Source of the DNA: Myxococcota bacterium
GTDB lineage: Bacteria > Myxococcota_A > Polyangia > Nannocystales > Nannocystaceae
Direction of reading: 5' to 3'
Assembly (NCBI GenBank): GCA_039028615.1
Contig: JBCCHT010000004.1
Span: 273,393-337,392 of the forward strand
Length of the DNA: 64,000 nucleotides
Positions within the stretch are counted from its first letter, which is position 1; each line of letters starts with the position of its first letter. Positions 22,268-33,175 of the stretch are shown in pieces. A model generated the notes under the pieces. That model was not told the DNA's origin, ran no database searches, and was given only the letters and a program-made list of their open reading frames with translations. Both the position numbers and the translations under genes were made by a program.

Positions 22268-24169
22268 ATGCGAACGACTCGTGCTCCCATCCTCGCCGGC
22301 CTCGGCAGCCTGCTCCTCCTGGCCTGTGAAGCGTCCGGGCCGTTCCACGAATCCGAGAGTCGGAAGGAAGAAGCCCCGGCCGTGGCGTCATCGAAGGCCC
22401 CCGGCTATCCCGCCCCGAGCGCGGACAAGGCCGCCGCCATGCCTCGCGGCGAAGATGCGCGCGCGGCCGAGCCTGCCGCGCGGTCCGATCTCATGCCGCT
22501 CGACGGGGCGCCTGAGGCTCGCGACGAGCGCGCCCACTACGACGACCGGGCGCGTCAACAACCCGCGCCCGGGCCCGGACGCCTGACGGCGGGGCAGTGG
22601 TCGGACCGCGACGACTGGCCCCGCTGGCAACGGCTGCTCGCCCCCGGCTCCATCCACCACCAGGCGCTCGGTGAATGGAGCATCCCGCACCGCGATCGAG
22701 TCAGCGTGACGCTCCGGGGCGACGACTTCGTTCCCGCCGACACCCTGGTCGTGCTGCAGGACCCGAGCGGGCGTTCACTGTGGCAAGCGCGGACGGACAA
22801 CGAAGGGCGCGTCGACCTGTTCCTGCCCGCGGGGCAGAGCGGTCAGGTCTTCGTCGCCGGCCCCGGTCGCGTCGCGACGCGCAACGTGAAGGCGGGCGAG
22901 GACCACGTACTCCGCGTCGAGACCCCGACCTCGGTCGTGTCCGCGCTCGACCTGATGTTCGTCGTCGACACCACGGGCTCGATGAGCGACGAGCTCCAGT
23001 ACCTCCAGGCCGAGCTGTCGTCCATCGTGCAGCGCGTTCGCCATGGCGCGGCGCAGGACTACGAGGTGCGCACGAGCGTGAACTTCTTCCGCGACAACGG
23101 CGACGAGTATCGGCTCCGCAGCTTCCCGTTCACCGCCGACACCTCGCGCAGCCTCTCGCAGCTTCGAGCCCAGACCACCGGGGGCGGCGGAGACTATCCC
23201 GAGGCCCTCGCCGCGGCGTTGGCCGATGGCGTCGACCGGCACCGATGGAGTCGCTCGGCCGTCGCGCGCATCATGTTCGTGATCACCGATGCCCCGCCCC
23301 ACCCGGGCTCGAGGGTGGGACGCCAGCTGGAGAGCACCATCGCCCACGCGGCGGACAAGGGCATCCGCATCGTGCCCATCGCCAGCAGCGGCGTGAACAA
23401 GCCCACCGAGTTCATCCTGCGGCACCTGGCGGTGAGCACGGGTGGGCGCTACGTGTTCCTCACCGATCACAGCGGCATCGGGAACTCCCACATCGAGCCC
23501 ACGGTCGGTCCTCACACGATCGAGCCCCTCGACGACCTGCTGGTGGAGCTCATCGAGGACTACACCGACCACGATCAGCTGTCGCTCATCGACCCGCGCA
23601 CGGTCGACAATCACCCGGCCGAGGCTCGAGCGCCTCACGCCATGGCGTATGCCCGCCACGACGGACCGAGCCCGTGGTGGCTGCTGGGGCTCGGCTTGCT
23701 GGTCCCCGGGTTCGTGGCGGGCCGACGCTGGGCTCGGGTGACACGGGTGCCGGCCGTCAGCGATCCGCGGGTCGCCCGAGCGCGACGCATGCTCCGCGAG
23801 CTGAACCGCCACGACCGGGGGGCCTCCACCACCGACGCCGGATCCTGGCACGCGCAAATGCAGGAAGTGGTCGAGGGCATGGAACAGCTCGTCCGTCAGC
23901 AGCAGGCCATCTCGACGTCGCTCCGCGTGGCGGGGGCGCTGCCCGAGGAGGCCGGCTCCGAGGGGGTCCGCTCCTCGCTCCGCAGCGAGGTCGAGCGACG
24001 ACGCACCGCCATCGACTCGGAGATCGACGCCGGCCTGGTCTCGGTCGAAGCCGCGTACCTGCACGTCATCAGCGGCGTGGGTGAGTCGTCCGCGACTCAG
24101 GCCAGCCTGGATGCTGCTCGCGAGGCGCTCCAGACCCGCATCGACGTCGACCGTGAGCTCCGCGGTTGA
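22268..24169 (+). CDS. vWA-domain lipoprotein with internal TM and C-terminal helical tail
   Basis: Lipobox LLAC; DTTGSM MIDAS-like motif; GGGDYPEA; ITDAPPH; TM WWLLGLGLLVPGFVAG. Confidence 0.88.
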   Translation: MRTTRAPILAGLGSLLLLACEASGPFHESESRKEEAPAVASSKAPGYPAPSADKAAAMPRGEDARAAEPAARSDLMPLDGAPEARDERAHYDDRARQQPAPGPGRLTAGQWSDRDDWPRWQRLLAPGSIHHQALGEWSIPHRDRVSVTLRGDDFVPADTLVVLQDPSGRSLWQARTDNEGRVDLFLPAGQSGQVFVAGPGRVATRNVKAGEDHVLRVETPTSVVSALDLMFVVDTTGSMSDELQYLQAELSSIVQRVRHGAAQDYEVRTSVNFFRDNGDEYRLRSFPFTADTSRSLSQLRAQTTGGGGDYPEALAAALADGVDRHRWSRSAVARIMFVITDAPPHPGSRVGRQLESTIAHAADKGIRIVPIASSGVNKPTEFILRHLAVSTGGRYVFLTDHSGIGNSHIEPTVGPHTIEPLDDLLVELIEDYTDHDQLSLIDPRTVDNHPAEARAPHAMAYARHDGPSPWWLLGLGLLVPGFVAGRRWARVTRVPAVSDPRVARARRMLRELNRHDRGASTTDAGSWHAQMQEVVEGMEQLVRQQQAISTSLRVAGALPEEAGSEGVRSSLRSEVERRRTAIDSEIDAGLVSVEAAYLHVISGVGESSATQASLDAAREALQTRIDVDRELRG

Positions 24170-24199
24170 TCGCGGCGCTCGCTCGGCGGCGGCGGCGAT

Positions 24200-24490
24200 T
24201 CACCGCCGCCGTCGAGGCGTGTTGGGGACCGCCAGGCCGAGCACGATGGGCGCGGCGACGAATACGAACGCAGAGGCGAGGAACGGCCCGAATGAGCGCC
24301 ACAGCTCCGCTCCCTTCGAGAACAGGTCGGCGGGGTCCAAGAACGCGAGATACACCGCCATCCCGACGCGGTGAATCACGAACGAAATCGCCATCGTCGC
24401 CGCCGACCAACGCAGCGGCGGCTGTCCGCTCGCCCGCGCGAACGTCCACGCCCACGCCGAGACCCCGACCGTGACCACCGTCTCGATCAT
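24200..24490 (-). CDS. Small hypothetical membrane protein
   Basis: Three hydrophobic segments; fills the intergenic gap. Confidence 0.5.
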   Translation of the reverse strand: MIETVVTVGVSAWAWTFARASGQPPLRWSAATMAISFVIHRVGMAVYLAFLDPADLFSKGAELWRSFGPFLASAFVFVAAPIVLGLAVPNTPRRRR

Positions 24491-24657
24491 GATGGCGGCC
24501 GGCAGCTCGAGGGGCGCAGGAGCAGCAGGCTCGATGGGCACGGGGGGCTGGAACAAGCCTCGATGCTCCCACGACCTCGCGATTTCGAGGAGAGTCGTGG
24601 GACCGTTCCCTTTCGGTGCTGCTCGGCCCGCGCGTCGACGGCCGCGACCGGTCTATC

Positions 24658-25365
24658 ATGGCGCAAATGCGACGCTCTTGGCTCCCGCTCGCCGTCTTGT
24701 TCGCCTGCAATCCGAAGACAGAGGCACCCCCCACGGTGGCGCCCGAGCCCGAGGCGGTCGCCGAAGCCCCCGAAGCCGACGGCGAGGACGAGGTCGATCC
24801 AGAGGCCGCGGCCGCGGCCGCGCGTGAAAAGGAGCTCCAGCGCAAACGCAACGAGCCGCCCCCCGCGGGCCTGTCCGCCGGCTTGGTCTCCGACTTCGAG
24901 AGCGGCGAGCTGCGCTCGGAGTTCGGCGCGGGCTGGACCAAGGCCAGCGACGAAATGGAGGACGGCGCGTCCACGGCCGAGCTGGAGGTGGTGGCGGACG
25001 GCCCCGACGGCTCCCCCAACGCCTTGAAGATCCGCGCGACCATCGACGGGAGCTCGGCCAATCCCTGGGCCGGCGCAATGTTCTTCCCGGGTAATCGTGC
25101 GATGGCCCCGGCCAACCTCATCAGCAAACCCACCGTCACCTTCCACGCGCGCGGCGACGGGCCGCTGGTGGTGATGGTCTTCGCCGAGCAGCTCGAGGGC
25201 ACCCCCGCCCGCACCACCGTCGAGATCGGCGAGGAGTGGGGGCGCTACGAGGTCGACATGCGGACCCTCGTGCCCGAGCCCTACGACATCACGGCCATCG
25301 TGTTCGGGGCTCCGCCCACCGCCGGCACCTGGGAGCAGTGGGTCGACGACGTCCGCCTCAAGTGA
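24658..25365 (+). CDS. Lipoprotein with CIA30/CBM-like domain
   Basis: Lipobox LFAC; DFE...WAG...FHARGDG...WVDDVRL galactose-binding-like pattern. Confidence 0.75.
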   Translation: MAQMRRSWLPLAVLFACNPKTEAPPTVAPEPEAVAEAPEADGEDEVDPEAAAAAAREKELQRKRNEPPPAGLSAGLVSDFESGELRSEFGAGWTKASDEMEDGASTAELEVVADGPDGSPNALKIRATIDGSSANPWAGAMFFPGNRAMAPANLISKPTVTFHARGDGPLVVMVFAEQLEGTPARTTVEIGEEWGRYEVDMRTLVPEPYDITAIVFGAPPTAGTWEQWVDDVRLK

Positions 25366-25372
25366 GGCCAGG

Positions 25373-28300
25373 TCAGCCGTCGAGCAAGGGGTCGCAGATC
25401 TCCGCCGCCTCGGGATAGTGGCGCCGAAACACGCGCAGGCGCTCACATCCGATCCGGGTCAGCTCGGCGGGCGGCACGGGCCAGAGGACGCCCCCGCCCT
25501 CCTTGACCATGCCGATGCGCTCGCGGGTGAGGTTGTCGCCCGTGGCCGTGTCCCAGACGTGGAGCGCGTCGTTGGAGCGCGTGGTGAGGCGGGCGCCGTC
25601 GGGTGAGAACACGAAGCGGCGAACGACCCCCGGATGGTCGATGTAGGTGACGAGCGCGCCCGACTTGCGATCGAAGATCCGCACCACCTCCAGCCCGGCG
25701 ATGGCGAGCCAGCGTCCATCGGGCGAGTAGCCCAGGTGGACCATGCGAGGTTGGTGCAGGTCGGGTCCGATGCGGCGCAGCACCGCGCCCGTCTCGACGT
25801 CCCATACCCACACGCCCAGCACGTGATGACCCCCCGCGACCTCGGAGCCGTCGGGGGAGAAGGCCAGGTACTGCACGGGCTGCGACCCGGCGAGGGTCAC
25901 CCGGGGCACGAGCGTGTGGGCGTCCCACAGCTGAAGGTCGCCGCGCTCGCCCGCCGCCACGAGCTCGGTGCCGTCCGGGGAGAACACGACGCCGAAGCGG
26001 CGCCCCTGGGGAACCTCGGATGGCAGCGGTAGCTCGGCCCGCAGCGCTCCCGTCTGCGTGTCCCGCAGCTGCACCATCGAGCTGCCGGCTTCGATGGCGA
26101 GCTGGGTGTCGTCGGGCGAAAAGAGCAGGCTCCGCGTCCGCACCCGCGACTCGATCTGCGTGAGCGGCCCCCGGGTGTGGGCATCGTAGATCGTGACGTC
26201 CGCCTCGCCGACCACCACCAGCTGGGTGCCCGATGGCGAGAAGCGTAGGTCTCGGATGTGCGGCACGACGTCCGTGGTCGAACGCAGCTGGCCCGTCTCG
26301 GCGTCCCAGACCCGCATCCGACCGGCATGCGCCACCACCAGTTCGGGCGTGTCGGGCACGAACGCCATGAACACGCCGCCATGGGATTCCGCCTCGTCGA
26401 GGGTGTGCAGCACGGTGCCCGTCTCGTTGTTCCACAGCCGCAGCCGACCATCGCTGGACACCGTGGCCAGGCGGCGATGATCGGTCGAGTACGCGAACCG
26501 ACGGACGTCCGCATACGGCCCCTCGAGCACGGTGATCTCCACGTGGTCGAGATCCCAGATCCGCGCCGTCCGATCGACGCTCGCAGTGGCGAGGTGACGA
26601 CCGTCGGGGGCGAAGGCCAAGCTCCACACGTCGGCCCCATGCCCGCGTAGCTGCGATTTTTGGCGGCCGTGCTCCGGGCTCCACACCGAGACGTTGCCGT
26701 CGTAGCTGCCCATCGCCACGCTCGATCCGTCGCGGGCATAGGCCACGCTGTCGATCCCCGAGCCCTCTCGATCGCTGGCGAGCACCGCCAACGGCTTGCC
26801 GGACGCAGGGTCGAAGATCCGCCCCGTCGCATCCCACGAGACCGTCGCCAGGCGAGCGCCATCGGCCGAGTACGCCAGGTCCTTGACCCGATCGCGGTGG
26901 CCCGGCAACACCGCGACCGGCTCCCCTGTCTCCAAGGCCCAGGTACGCGCGGTGCCATCGTCGCTGGCCGTGGCCACCTGCGTGCCGTCGGGGGCAATGG
27001 CGACGACGGTGATCTCCTGCTCATGGCCGAGCATGCTCGCCACCCGCTGCCCCGTGCTCACGTCCCAGACCTTGCCCGCCGCGTCGGCCCCCACCGTCAC
27101 CAGCCGCGCCCCATCGGGCGAGTACGCGAGGTCGTATACGACGCCCTGAGCATCGGCCGAGAGCGTGGACGACAGCGTCCCCGCGGGCACCTCCCAGATC
27201 CGAACCTCGGCGCCCTGCCCCGCGGTGGCCAGCCGCGTCCCGTCGGGGGAAAAGGCGAGCGAAGACAGGGCCCCCTCGGAGCCGCCGAGGGTGGCGAGTC
27301 GCTCGCCCGACGCGACGTTCCACAGCTGCGCTCGCCCCTCCATCGTCGCCGTGGCCAGGCGAGTGCCGTCGGGTGAAAACGCCAGCGTCCAGATCTGCCC
27401 CGCATCGCCGGCCAGGGTCCGCCCCGGCTGCCCCCGTGCCGAGTCCCACAGGCGCGCGCTGCCGTCGTAGCTGCCCGTGGCCAGCCAGCGCCCGTCGGGC
27501 GAGTACGCGAGACACGAGACGTAGTCCTCGTGACCCCGCAGCACGTGCCGAGCCTGCATGACGACCGGTTCGTGGGCGAGCACCTGCTCGAGCCCGGTCA
27601 CTGCTTCGCCGGGCGCCTCCCCCCACGCGTCCGCGTAGGTGCCGACGGCCTGCACCCCGAGCAAGAGCGCCTCCGCCTCACGGCCCATGCCCACGAGCGC
27701 CCGCGCTCGAAGCCCCCGCTGGACCGCGAGCTGCTGCACGAGCTCGGCGTTCTGGAGCTCGAGCGTGCCCGCTTGCTCCTCGATGACCGCGTCGCGCTCG
27801 GCCACTTCCCCCGACAACGACAGCACGCCCCACGAGCCGCCCACGAAGGCGGCCGCGACCGCGAACCGGGCCAGCAACCGACGACGACGTGCGACCGGAT
27901 CGGCCGCGAGCGCGTCGAGGAGGTGCTGCATCGACTCGAAGCGCTCGCCGGGCTCCTTCGCCAGGCCCTGGACGATGACCGCGCGAACCCACGCGGGCAC
28001 GGGGATGCCGGGCGGCGCCCCGCGGACCACCCCGTTGTCGAGCGCGTTGACCAGCTCGCCCACCGTCTCGCCCTGGAAGGGGCGCTCGCCGTAGAGCGCC
28101 TCGTACAGCGCCACACAAAACGCGAACTGATCGCTGCGCGCATCGACGGGCTCCGCCCCGAACTGCTCGAGCGCCATATAGGCCGGCGTGCCCATCATCG
28201 AGCCCGTCTGCGTCAGCGAAGTGGCCGAAGCATCGGGGTCGACCGCTTCGGTCGTCTCGCCGTCCTCCACCCGCACGAGGCCGAAGTCCATGACCCGGAC

Positions 28301-28882
28301 CCGGCCGTCCTCGCTCAGCATCACGTTTTCCGGCTTGAAGTCGCGATGCACCAGCCCGGCCTCGTGGGCCGCGGCCAGCCCTTCTCCCGCCCGCGTGAAC
28401 ACCTCCAGCACCTCGCGCCAGGGCCAGACGCGCGGGGCACCGTCTTCGCCGACGAGGACATCCGGGCTCACCACCGCCGCGCTTTCGGGCACCGACTCCA
28501 TCCACTCCGCCAGGTTGCGGCCGCCCACGAACTCCATCGCCACGAAGACCTGCTCTTCGTGCACCCCCACGTCGTGCACCGACACGACGTTGGGGTGGTC
28601 GAGCTTCGCCAGCGCCTGTGCCTCGCGATGCAGTCGCTTCTGCGAGCGAGACAGTGACCCGCCTCGCGGCCGCAGGAGCTTCAGGGCGACCTTGCGATCG
28701 AGCTGCGGATCGTACGCCGCGAACACCATGCCCATCGCGCCCGCGCCCACCTGGGAGAGCAGGACGTAACGCCCGATGGTCGCACCCGCGGCGAAGCCCG
28801 CGGTGGACTCGGAGCCCTCGCCGACGCCGCTTTGGGCCCGACTCGTGGCGTCGACGTTGGCGTCGTGGGAAGACCCGAGCAT
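25373..28882 (-). CDS. Hanks-type Ser/Thr kinase with TM and WD40 repeats
   Basis: GAGAMG, VALK, HRDFKPEN, DFG, GTPAYM motifs; many GH...FSPDG...WD repeats. Confidence 0.96.
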   Translation of the reverse strand: MLGSSHDANVDATSRAQSGVGEGSESTAGFAAGATIGRYVLLSQVGAGAMGMVFAAYDPQLDRKVALKLLRPRGGSLSRSQKRLHREAQALAKLDHPNVVSVHDVGVHEEQVFVAMEFVGGRNLAEWMESVPESAAVVSPDVLVGEDGAPRVWPWREVLEVFTRAGEGLAAAHEAGLVHRDFKPENVMLSEDGRVRVMDFGLVRVEDGETTEAVDPDASATSLTQTGSMMGTPAYMALEQFGAEPVDARSDQFAFCVALYEALYGERPFQGETVGELVNALDNGVVRGAPPGIPVPAWVRAVIVQGLAKEPGERFESMQHLLDALAADPVARRRRLLARFAVAAAFVGGSWGVLSLSGEVAERDAVIEEQAGTLELQNAELVQQLAVQRGLRARALVGMGREAEALLLGVQAVGTYADAWGEAPGEAVTGLEQVLAHEPVVMQARHVLRGHEDYVSCLAYSPDGRWLATGSYDGSARLWDSARGQPGRTLAGDAGQIWTLAFSPDGTRLATATMEGRAQLWNVASGERLATLGGSEGALSSLAFSPDGTRLATAGQGAEVRIWEVPAGTLSSTLSADAQGVVYDLAYSPDGARLVTVGADAAGKVWDVSTGQRVASMLGHEQEITVVAIAPDGTQVATASDDGTARTWALETGEPVAVLPGHRDRVKDLAYSADGARLATVSWDATGRIFDPASGKPLAVLASDREGSGIDSVAYARDGSSVAMGSYDGNVSVWSPEHGRQKSQLRGHGADVWSLAFAPDGRHLATASVDRTARIWDLDHVEITVLEGPYADVRRFAYSTDHRRLATVSSDGRLRLWNNETGTVLHTLDEAESHGGVFMAFVPDTPELVVAHAGRMRVWDAETGQLRSTTDVVPHIRDLRFSPSGTQLVVVGEADVTIYDAHTRGPLTQIESRVRTRSLLFSPDDTQLAIEAGSSMVQLRDTQTGALRAELPLPSEVPQGRRFGVVFSPDGTELVAAGERGDLQLWDAHTLVPRVTLAGSQPVQYLAFSPDGSEVAGGHHVLGVWVWDVETGAVLRRIGPDLHQPRMVHLGYSPDGRWLAIAGLEVVRIFDRKSGALVTYIDHPGVVRRFVFSPDGARLTTRSNDALHVWDTATGDNLTRERIGMVKEGGGVLWPVPPAELTRIGCERLRVFRRHYPEAAEICDPLLDG

Positions 28883-29044
28883 CGGTCGACCCGAATCCTA
28901 ACGCGAAACCCACTGCCAGGTTACGGGACCCACGCGGCCCAGGCTGGCGCTACCGGGCCCTGGGTGGGCCCTGGGCGGGCTCCGGGGTGTGAGCGGGATT
29001 GCCGTCTTCCATCCCGGTCGGTCCGGCGTTATGCACGAGTCACC

Positions 29045-30379
29045 GTGACCGACCTCGCTTCCCTCGGAATCGCCGTCCCCGAGATCCTGCTGCCCCGCGC
29101 CGACGTGGATCCCACGCGCTGGGCCGTCGTCGCGTGCGACCAGTACACCTCCGAGCCGGAGTACTGGCAGCGCGTCGCGGATACGGTGGGTGACGCCCCC
29201 TCCACCCTGCGGCTCATCTACCCCGAGGTGTTCCTCGATGAAGCCGAGCCTCAGCGACGCATCACCGCCATCCGCGAGGCGATGCAGGGCTACCTCGACG
29301 ACGGCGTGCTCACCAAGCAGGCGGGTTTCATCTACGTCGAGCGGCAGATCGGCGAGACGGTGCGCCGCGGCCTGATGGTCGCGATGGATCTCGAGGCCTA
29401 CGACTTCAACAAGGGCTCGTCGTCGCTGGTGCGAGCGACGGAGGGCACCATCCTCGATCGCCTGCCGCCGCGGATCCGGATCCGCGAGGGTGCGCCCATC
29501 GAGCTGCCCCACATCATGGTGCTCATCGACGATCCCGAAAAGCGGGTGATCGAGCCGCTGGGCGAGGCCAAGGATCAGCTGGAGACGCGCTACGACTTCG
29601 ACCTGATGCTGGGCGCCGGCCACATCGCGGGCTACGCCGTCGGACCGGAGCAACAAGCGGGCGTCACCGCAGGCCTGGCGGCCCTCGCCGACGCGGACGC
29701 GTTCGCCGAGCGCTACGACCTCGACCCGGGCACGGCCGTGCTCCTGTTCGCGATGGGCGACGGCAACCACTCGCTGGCCACCGCCAAGGCGATCTGGGAG
29801 CAAGCCAAAAAGGACGCCGACGATCCGAAGGCGCTCGAGGGCGACCCGCGTCGCTTCGCCCTGGTGGAGCTGACCAACCTGCACGACGAGTCGCTGGTCT
29901 TCGAGCCCATCCACCGCGTGCTCTTCGAGCTGGGCGAGGGCGTCGACATCGGTGCCCGCATGCAGGCCTACTTCGGGGACCGGCTCACGGTGGAGAGCGT
30001 CGCGGACTTCGACGCGATGACGACCGCCGTCGAGGGCTCCACCGCCGCCAGCCAGCGCTGGGGCGTGGTGACTCCGCAGGGGCACGCCGTCGCCACCCTG
30101 ACCCAGCCCGAGGCCAACCTCCCCGTGGGCTCGCTCCAGGCGTTCCTGGACGCGTTCATGGGAGAAAACGGGGCCCGCGAGCTCGACTACGTGCACGGCA
30201 GCGAGCCGGTGGCTCGGCTCGGCGCCGCCGCGGGCAATGCCGGGTTCTTCCTGCCCGGCATGGACAAGCACGACCTGTTCAAGACGGTGATCGTCGACGG
30301 GGCGCTGCCGCGGAAGACCTTCTCGATGGGCGAGGCCGAGGAAAAGCGCTTCTACCTCGAGTGCCGCGCGCTCGGCTGA
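29045..30379 (+). CDS. DUF1015 family protein
   Basis: WAVVACDQYTSEP, RATEGT, MGDGNHSLATAK, LPRKTFSMG motifs. Confidence 0.9.
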   Translation: MTDLASLGIAVPEILLPRADVDPTRWAVVACDQYTSEPEYWQRVADTVGDAPSTLRLIYPEVFLDEAEPQRRITAIREAMQGYLDDGVLTKQAGFIYVERQIGETVRRGLMVAMDLEAYDFNKGSSSLVRATEGTILDRLPPRIRIREGAPIELPHIMVLIDDPEKRVIEPLGEAKDQLETRYDFDLMLGAGHIAGYAVGPEQQAGVTAGLAALADADAFAERYDLDPGTAVLLFAMGDGNHSLATAKAIWEQAKKDADDPKALEGDPRRFALVELTNLHDESLVFEPIHRVLFELGEGVDIGARMQAYFGDRLTVESVADFDAMTTAVEGSTAASQRWGVVTPQGHAVATLTQPEANLPVGSLQAFLDAFMGENGARELDYVHGSEPVARLGAAAGNAGFFLPGMDKHDLFKTVIVDGALPRKTFSMGEAEEKRFYLECRALG

Positions 30380-30421
30380 GCGCTCCACCGGGGTCCGGCT
30401 GCGGTCGGGCCCGCGGTTTCG

Positions 30422-31555
30422 TCAGCACTCGGTGGCACCGCGGGACCGCAGCAGCGCCGCGACTTCGTCCCGACCCCCGAGTTCGGCCATGAACAGCGCG
30501 GTCCGACCGTCGGGCGCGGCGCTGTCGACCGGGACCTGTTCCTCGTCGAGCAAGCGCCGAACATCGTCGACAAAGCCGCGGTAGGCGGCCCACAGCAGCG
30601 AGGACGTGCGCGGGTGGAGGTCGGTCCGACGCCGCGCTCGCTCGCGCCCCTCGGGGAGCAGGCGCTCCGCCTCGCGGCGTTGCTCGGCATCGACGTGCTC
30701 GAGTAGCAACTCGACGATTCGCTCGTAGCCTTCGCGAGCCGCGACCTCGATGGGGCTTTGGCCGCGGCGATCGACGACGGAAGCGTCGCAGCCCCGGGCC
30801 AGGAGGATCTCGACGATCGGGACGGACTCGATCGCCACCGCTTCGTGCAGCGGAGTGCGATCGTGAATGCCGAGACCATTGATGCCCGCTCCGTTGTCGA
30901 GCAACAGACAGACGATGTCCGCATGGCCGAAGCGGCACGCGGTGTGGAGCGGAGCCCCGTCCTTGTCGGAGTAGAAAAGCCGGACGCCCGTCGTCAGCAG
31001 CAACTCGATGGTCTCGGTGGAACCGCTCGGCACCGAGGAGTTCAGCAGATGAGGATTGACGAGGATCCCCGCGCCCTTGTCGAGCAGCGCGCGAACCTCT
31101 TCCGTGCACCCTCTCTGCGCTGCGTCGAAGAGCGCGGCCAAGTGTTTTTCGCGAAAGGCTCGACCGCGCGTGATGCCCCGGTAGCGACGCATCTCGGCCA
31201 CGAGTTCGGGAGTACAGCTCGGCAAGTCGACCCCGAGCAGGTGGTGCTCCACGCGGCGACAGGTCCACGACGGAGTTCGCTCGGACGTGGTGGCCAGCAC
31301 CCAACCGTCGCGATGCCAGCTCTCCATGAGGCCCCGACAGACACCGCGCGCTTGTTCGGTCGTGGACCGAATGTCGTCGTAATCGTCATACGCCGTGGGG
31401 TCGCCGAGATTCAGCCCCGAGATGTCACCGCTGCCCTGCCGGATGAGACTGCCCCCGAGGCAAAGCACTCGGTAGTGCACCGCGTCGCCGTGCTCGCGCA
31501 GCCATAGCCAGTGGCCTTCGAGCGTTTCGTCATCCGGCGGCACGCTGATGCCCAC
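30422..31555 (-). CDS. Ankyrin-repeat protein with N-terminal WGR-like domain (copy 1)
   Basis: GAPLHTAC, RTPLHEAV, QSPIEVAA, GRTALFMA ankyrin motifs. Confidence 0.88.
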   Translation of the reverse strand: MGISVPPDDETLEGHWLWLREHGDAVHYRVLCLGGSLIRQGSGDISGLNLGDPTAYDDYDDIRSTTEQARGVCRGLMESWHRDGWVLATTSERTPSWTCRRVEHHLLGVDLPSCTPELVAEMRRYRGITRGRAFREKHLAALFDAAQRGCTEEVRALLDKGAGILVNPHLLNSSVPSGSTETIELLLTTGVRLFYSDKDGAPLHTACRFGHADIVCLLLDNGAGINGLGIHDRTPLHEAVAIESVPIVEILLARGCDASVVDRRGQSPIEVAAREGYERIVELLLEHVDAEQRREAERLLPEGRERARRRTDLHPRTSSLLWAAYRGFVDDVRRLLDEEQVPVDSAAPDGRTALFMAELGGRDEVAALLRSRGATEC

Positions 31556-31580
31556 GCGACGATGGTACCGTCATCGGGTC

Positions 31581-31994
31581 GTGTCCGCCGATCCGATGAG
31601 CGCTCTCGAGATTCGGACACGCAAAGGGTGGCAGATTCCCACGCTTCGCTTCTATCGCGAGTCGGGGGTGAGAGACATCGACCTGGAACGATACTCGGCG
31701 CTCCACCTGCTCGGCGCCTTCGACTACCGGATCGACCCCCGCGACCTCCCCGAGCCCATCGTCGACACGCCACGAGGAAGGCCGACCGACTGCTCGAAGA
31801 AGCTCTACGAGATGACGGCCGAGTACGCGGGGCCAATCAGCTGGCTCACGGTAGAGGAGCTGTTGCTGCACGACTGGGAGCCCGCGCTGGATCACCCCAA
31901 CGGGCCCGCCGATTGGCTGCTGCCCATGCTCGACACGCTCTTTGCCCTGGGTGCACCGAGGGACCACCGCTTGGTGTTCTGGCTGGGATGGTGA
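31581..31994 (+). CDS. Small hypothetical protein (copy 1)
   Basis: Paralog of 33176-33589 (PIVDxPRGR, ISWLTVEELLLxDWE); start set by alignment with copy 2. Confidence 0.8.
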   Translation: MSADPMSALEIRTRKGWQIPTLRFYRESGVRDIDLERYSALHLLGAFDYRIDPRDLPEPIVDTPRGRPTDCSKKLYEMTAEYAGPISWLTVEELLLHDWEPALDHPNGPADWLLPMLDTLFALGAPRDHRLVFWLGW

Positions 31995-32008
31995 GGACGC
32001 AACCCGGC

Positions 32009-33145
32009 TCAGGGCTCGACCGCACCTCGGGCTCGTAGCAGCGCCTCGAGCTCTTCGTGTTCCCCCATCACCGCCATGTACAGGGCGTTGCGCCCGTCGG
32101 GGGCGGCGGTATTGACCGGCACCCCCTCCTCGTCGAGCAAGCGCAGCACGGAATCGGTGAAGCCCCGGTACGCGGCCCAGAGCAGGGGGCCGGTGTAGGG
32201 GTGCATCTGCGCACGCCGCAGGGCCCGGGCTCGGCCCTCGTCCCGGGACGCCAGGGCCTGCTGGTACTGCGAAGGGGGCACCTCGGACGCGAGGACGTCG
32301 AAGATTTCGTCGAGGCCCTCGCGCGCCGCCAGCTCGATCGGGCTGACGCCGTTGGCATCCCGGGGATCGGTCTTGCAGCCGTGCCGTACCAGGATGCGCA
32401 CCACCCGTGTCGCACCGACCGCGACCGCCTGGTGCAGCGGGGTCCGCCGAAGCCCGTCGGTTCGCTCGGTCGATGACCCATGGTCGAGCAATAGCGACAC
32501 GAGCGTCGGGCGATCGAGACGACACGCCAGCGCGAGGGGCCCGTCTTCATGCTCCCACTCTTCAATGGGCCCTTGTCGGTCGAAGAGCAGCGCGGCGATG
32601 TCGACGTCACCGCGTTGCACGGCCGTCGTCACGTGACGCTCCCAGACGTCGCCCGCCTCCATGCGCTCCAACACCAGCTGGATCTCGTCGAGCGTGCCCG
32701 TGCGCACCGCAGCATCGAGTTCGTCCCGCCGCTGTTCACACTCGTACTCGGCACGCTGGGCAACCTGATGTCCATGCATCCGAGCGATGAAGGACGGCGA
32801 GCAGCCCTCGATGCCGATACCGAGCAAGTCGTTGTCCAGCGTGTACGACGACATCCACTCCGTCTTCTCGGTGTAGGTCGCCAAGACCCATCCGTCGCGC
32901 TGCCACCCGTCCATCACGGCTCGACAATCGCGTCGCGCGGCCTGGGGGTTGGAGTGGGTCTGCCAGGGTCCGCTCAGCGGGGGCAGCTCGTCCCAGTCGT
33001 CCAGCTCGGATGCCGGTCCATCGCCCTGCTGCACGCGCGCATCCTCGAGACGAATCGACCGGTATCGCACTGCGTGGTCCTGCACACCCAACCACAACCA
33101 CTGCCCGGCGAGGGTCTCGTCGTTGGGCGGCATCCAGGACCCCAC
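32009..33145 (-). CDS. Ankyrin-repeat protein with N-terminal WGR-like domain (copy 2)
   Basis: Full-length paralog of 30422-31555 (PPxDETLxGxWLWL, LLWAAYRGF); start set by alignment. Confidence 0.88.
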   Translation of the reverse strand: MGSWMPPNDETLAGQWLWLGVQDHAVRYRSIRLEDARVQQGDGPASELDDWDELPPLSGPWQTHSNPQAARRDCRAVMDGWQRDGWVLATYTEKTEWMSSYTLDNDLLGIGIEGCSPSFIARMHGHQVAQRAEYECEQRRDELDAAVRTGTLDEIQLVLERMEAGDVWERHVTTAVQRGDVDIAALLFDRQGPIEEWEHEDGPLALACRLDRPTLVSLLLDHGSSTERTDGLRRTPLHQAVAVGATRVVRILVRHGCKTDPRDANGVSPIELAAREGLDEIFDVLASEVPPSQYQQALASRDEGRARALRRAQMHPYTGPLLWAAYRGFTDSVLRLLDEEGVPVNTAAPDGRNALYMAVMGEHEELEALLRARGAVEP

Positions 33146-33175
33146 ATCCCCCATGGTAACTTTGCGTCTTCGCTC

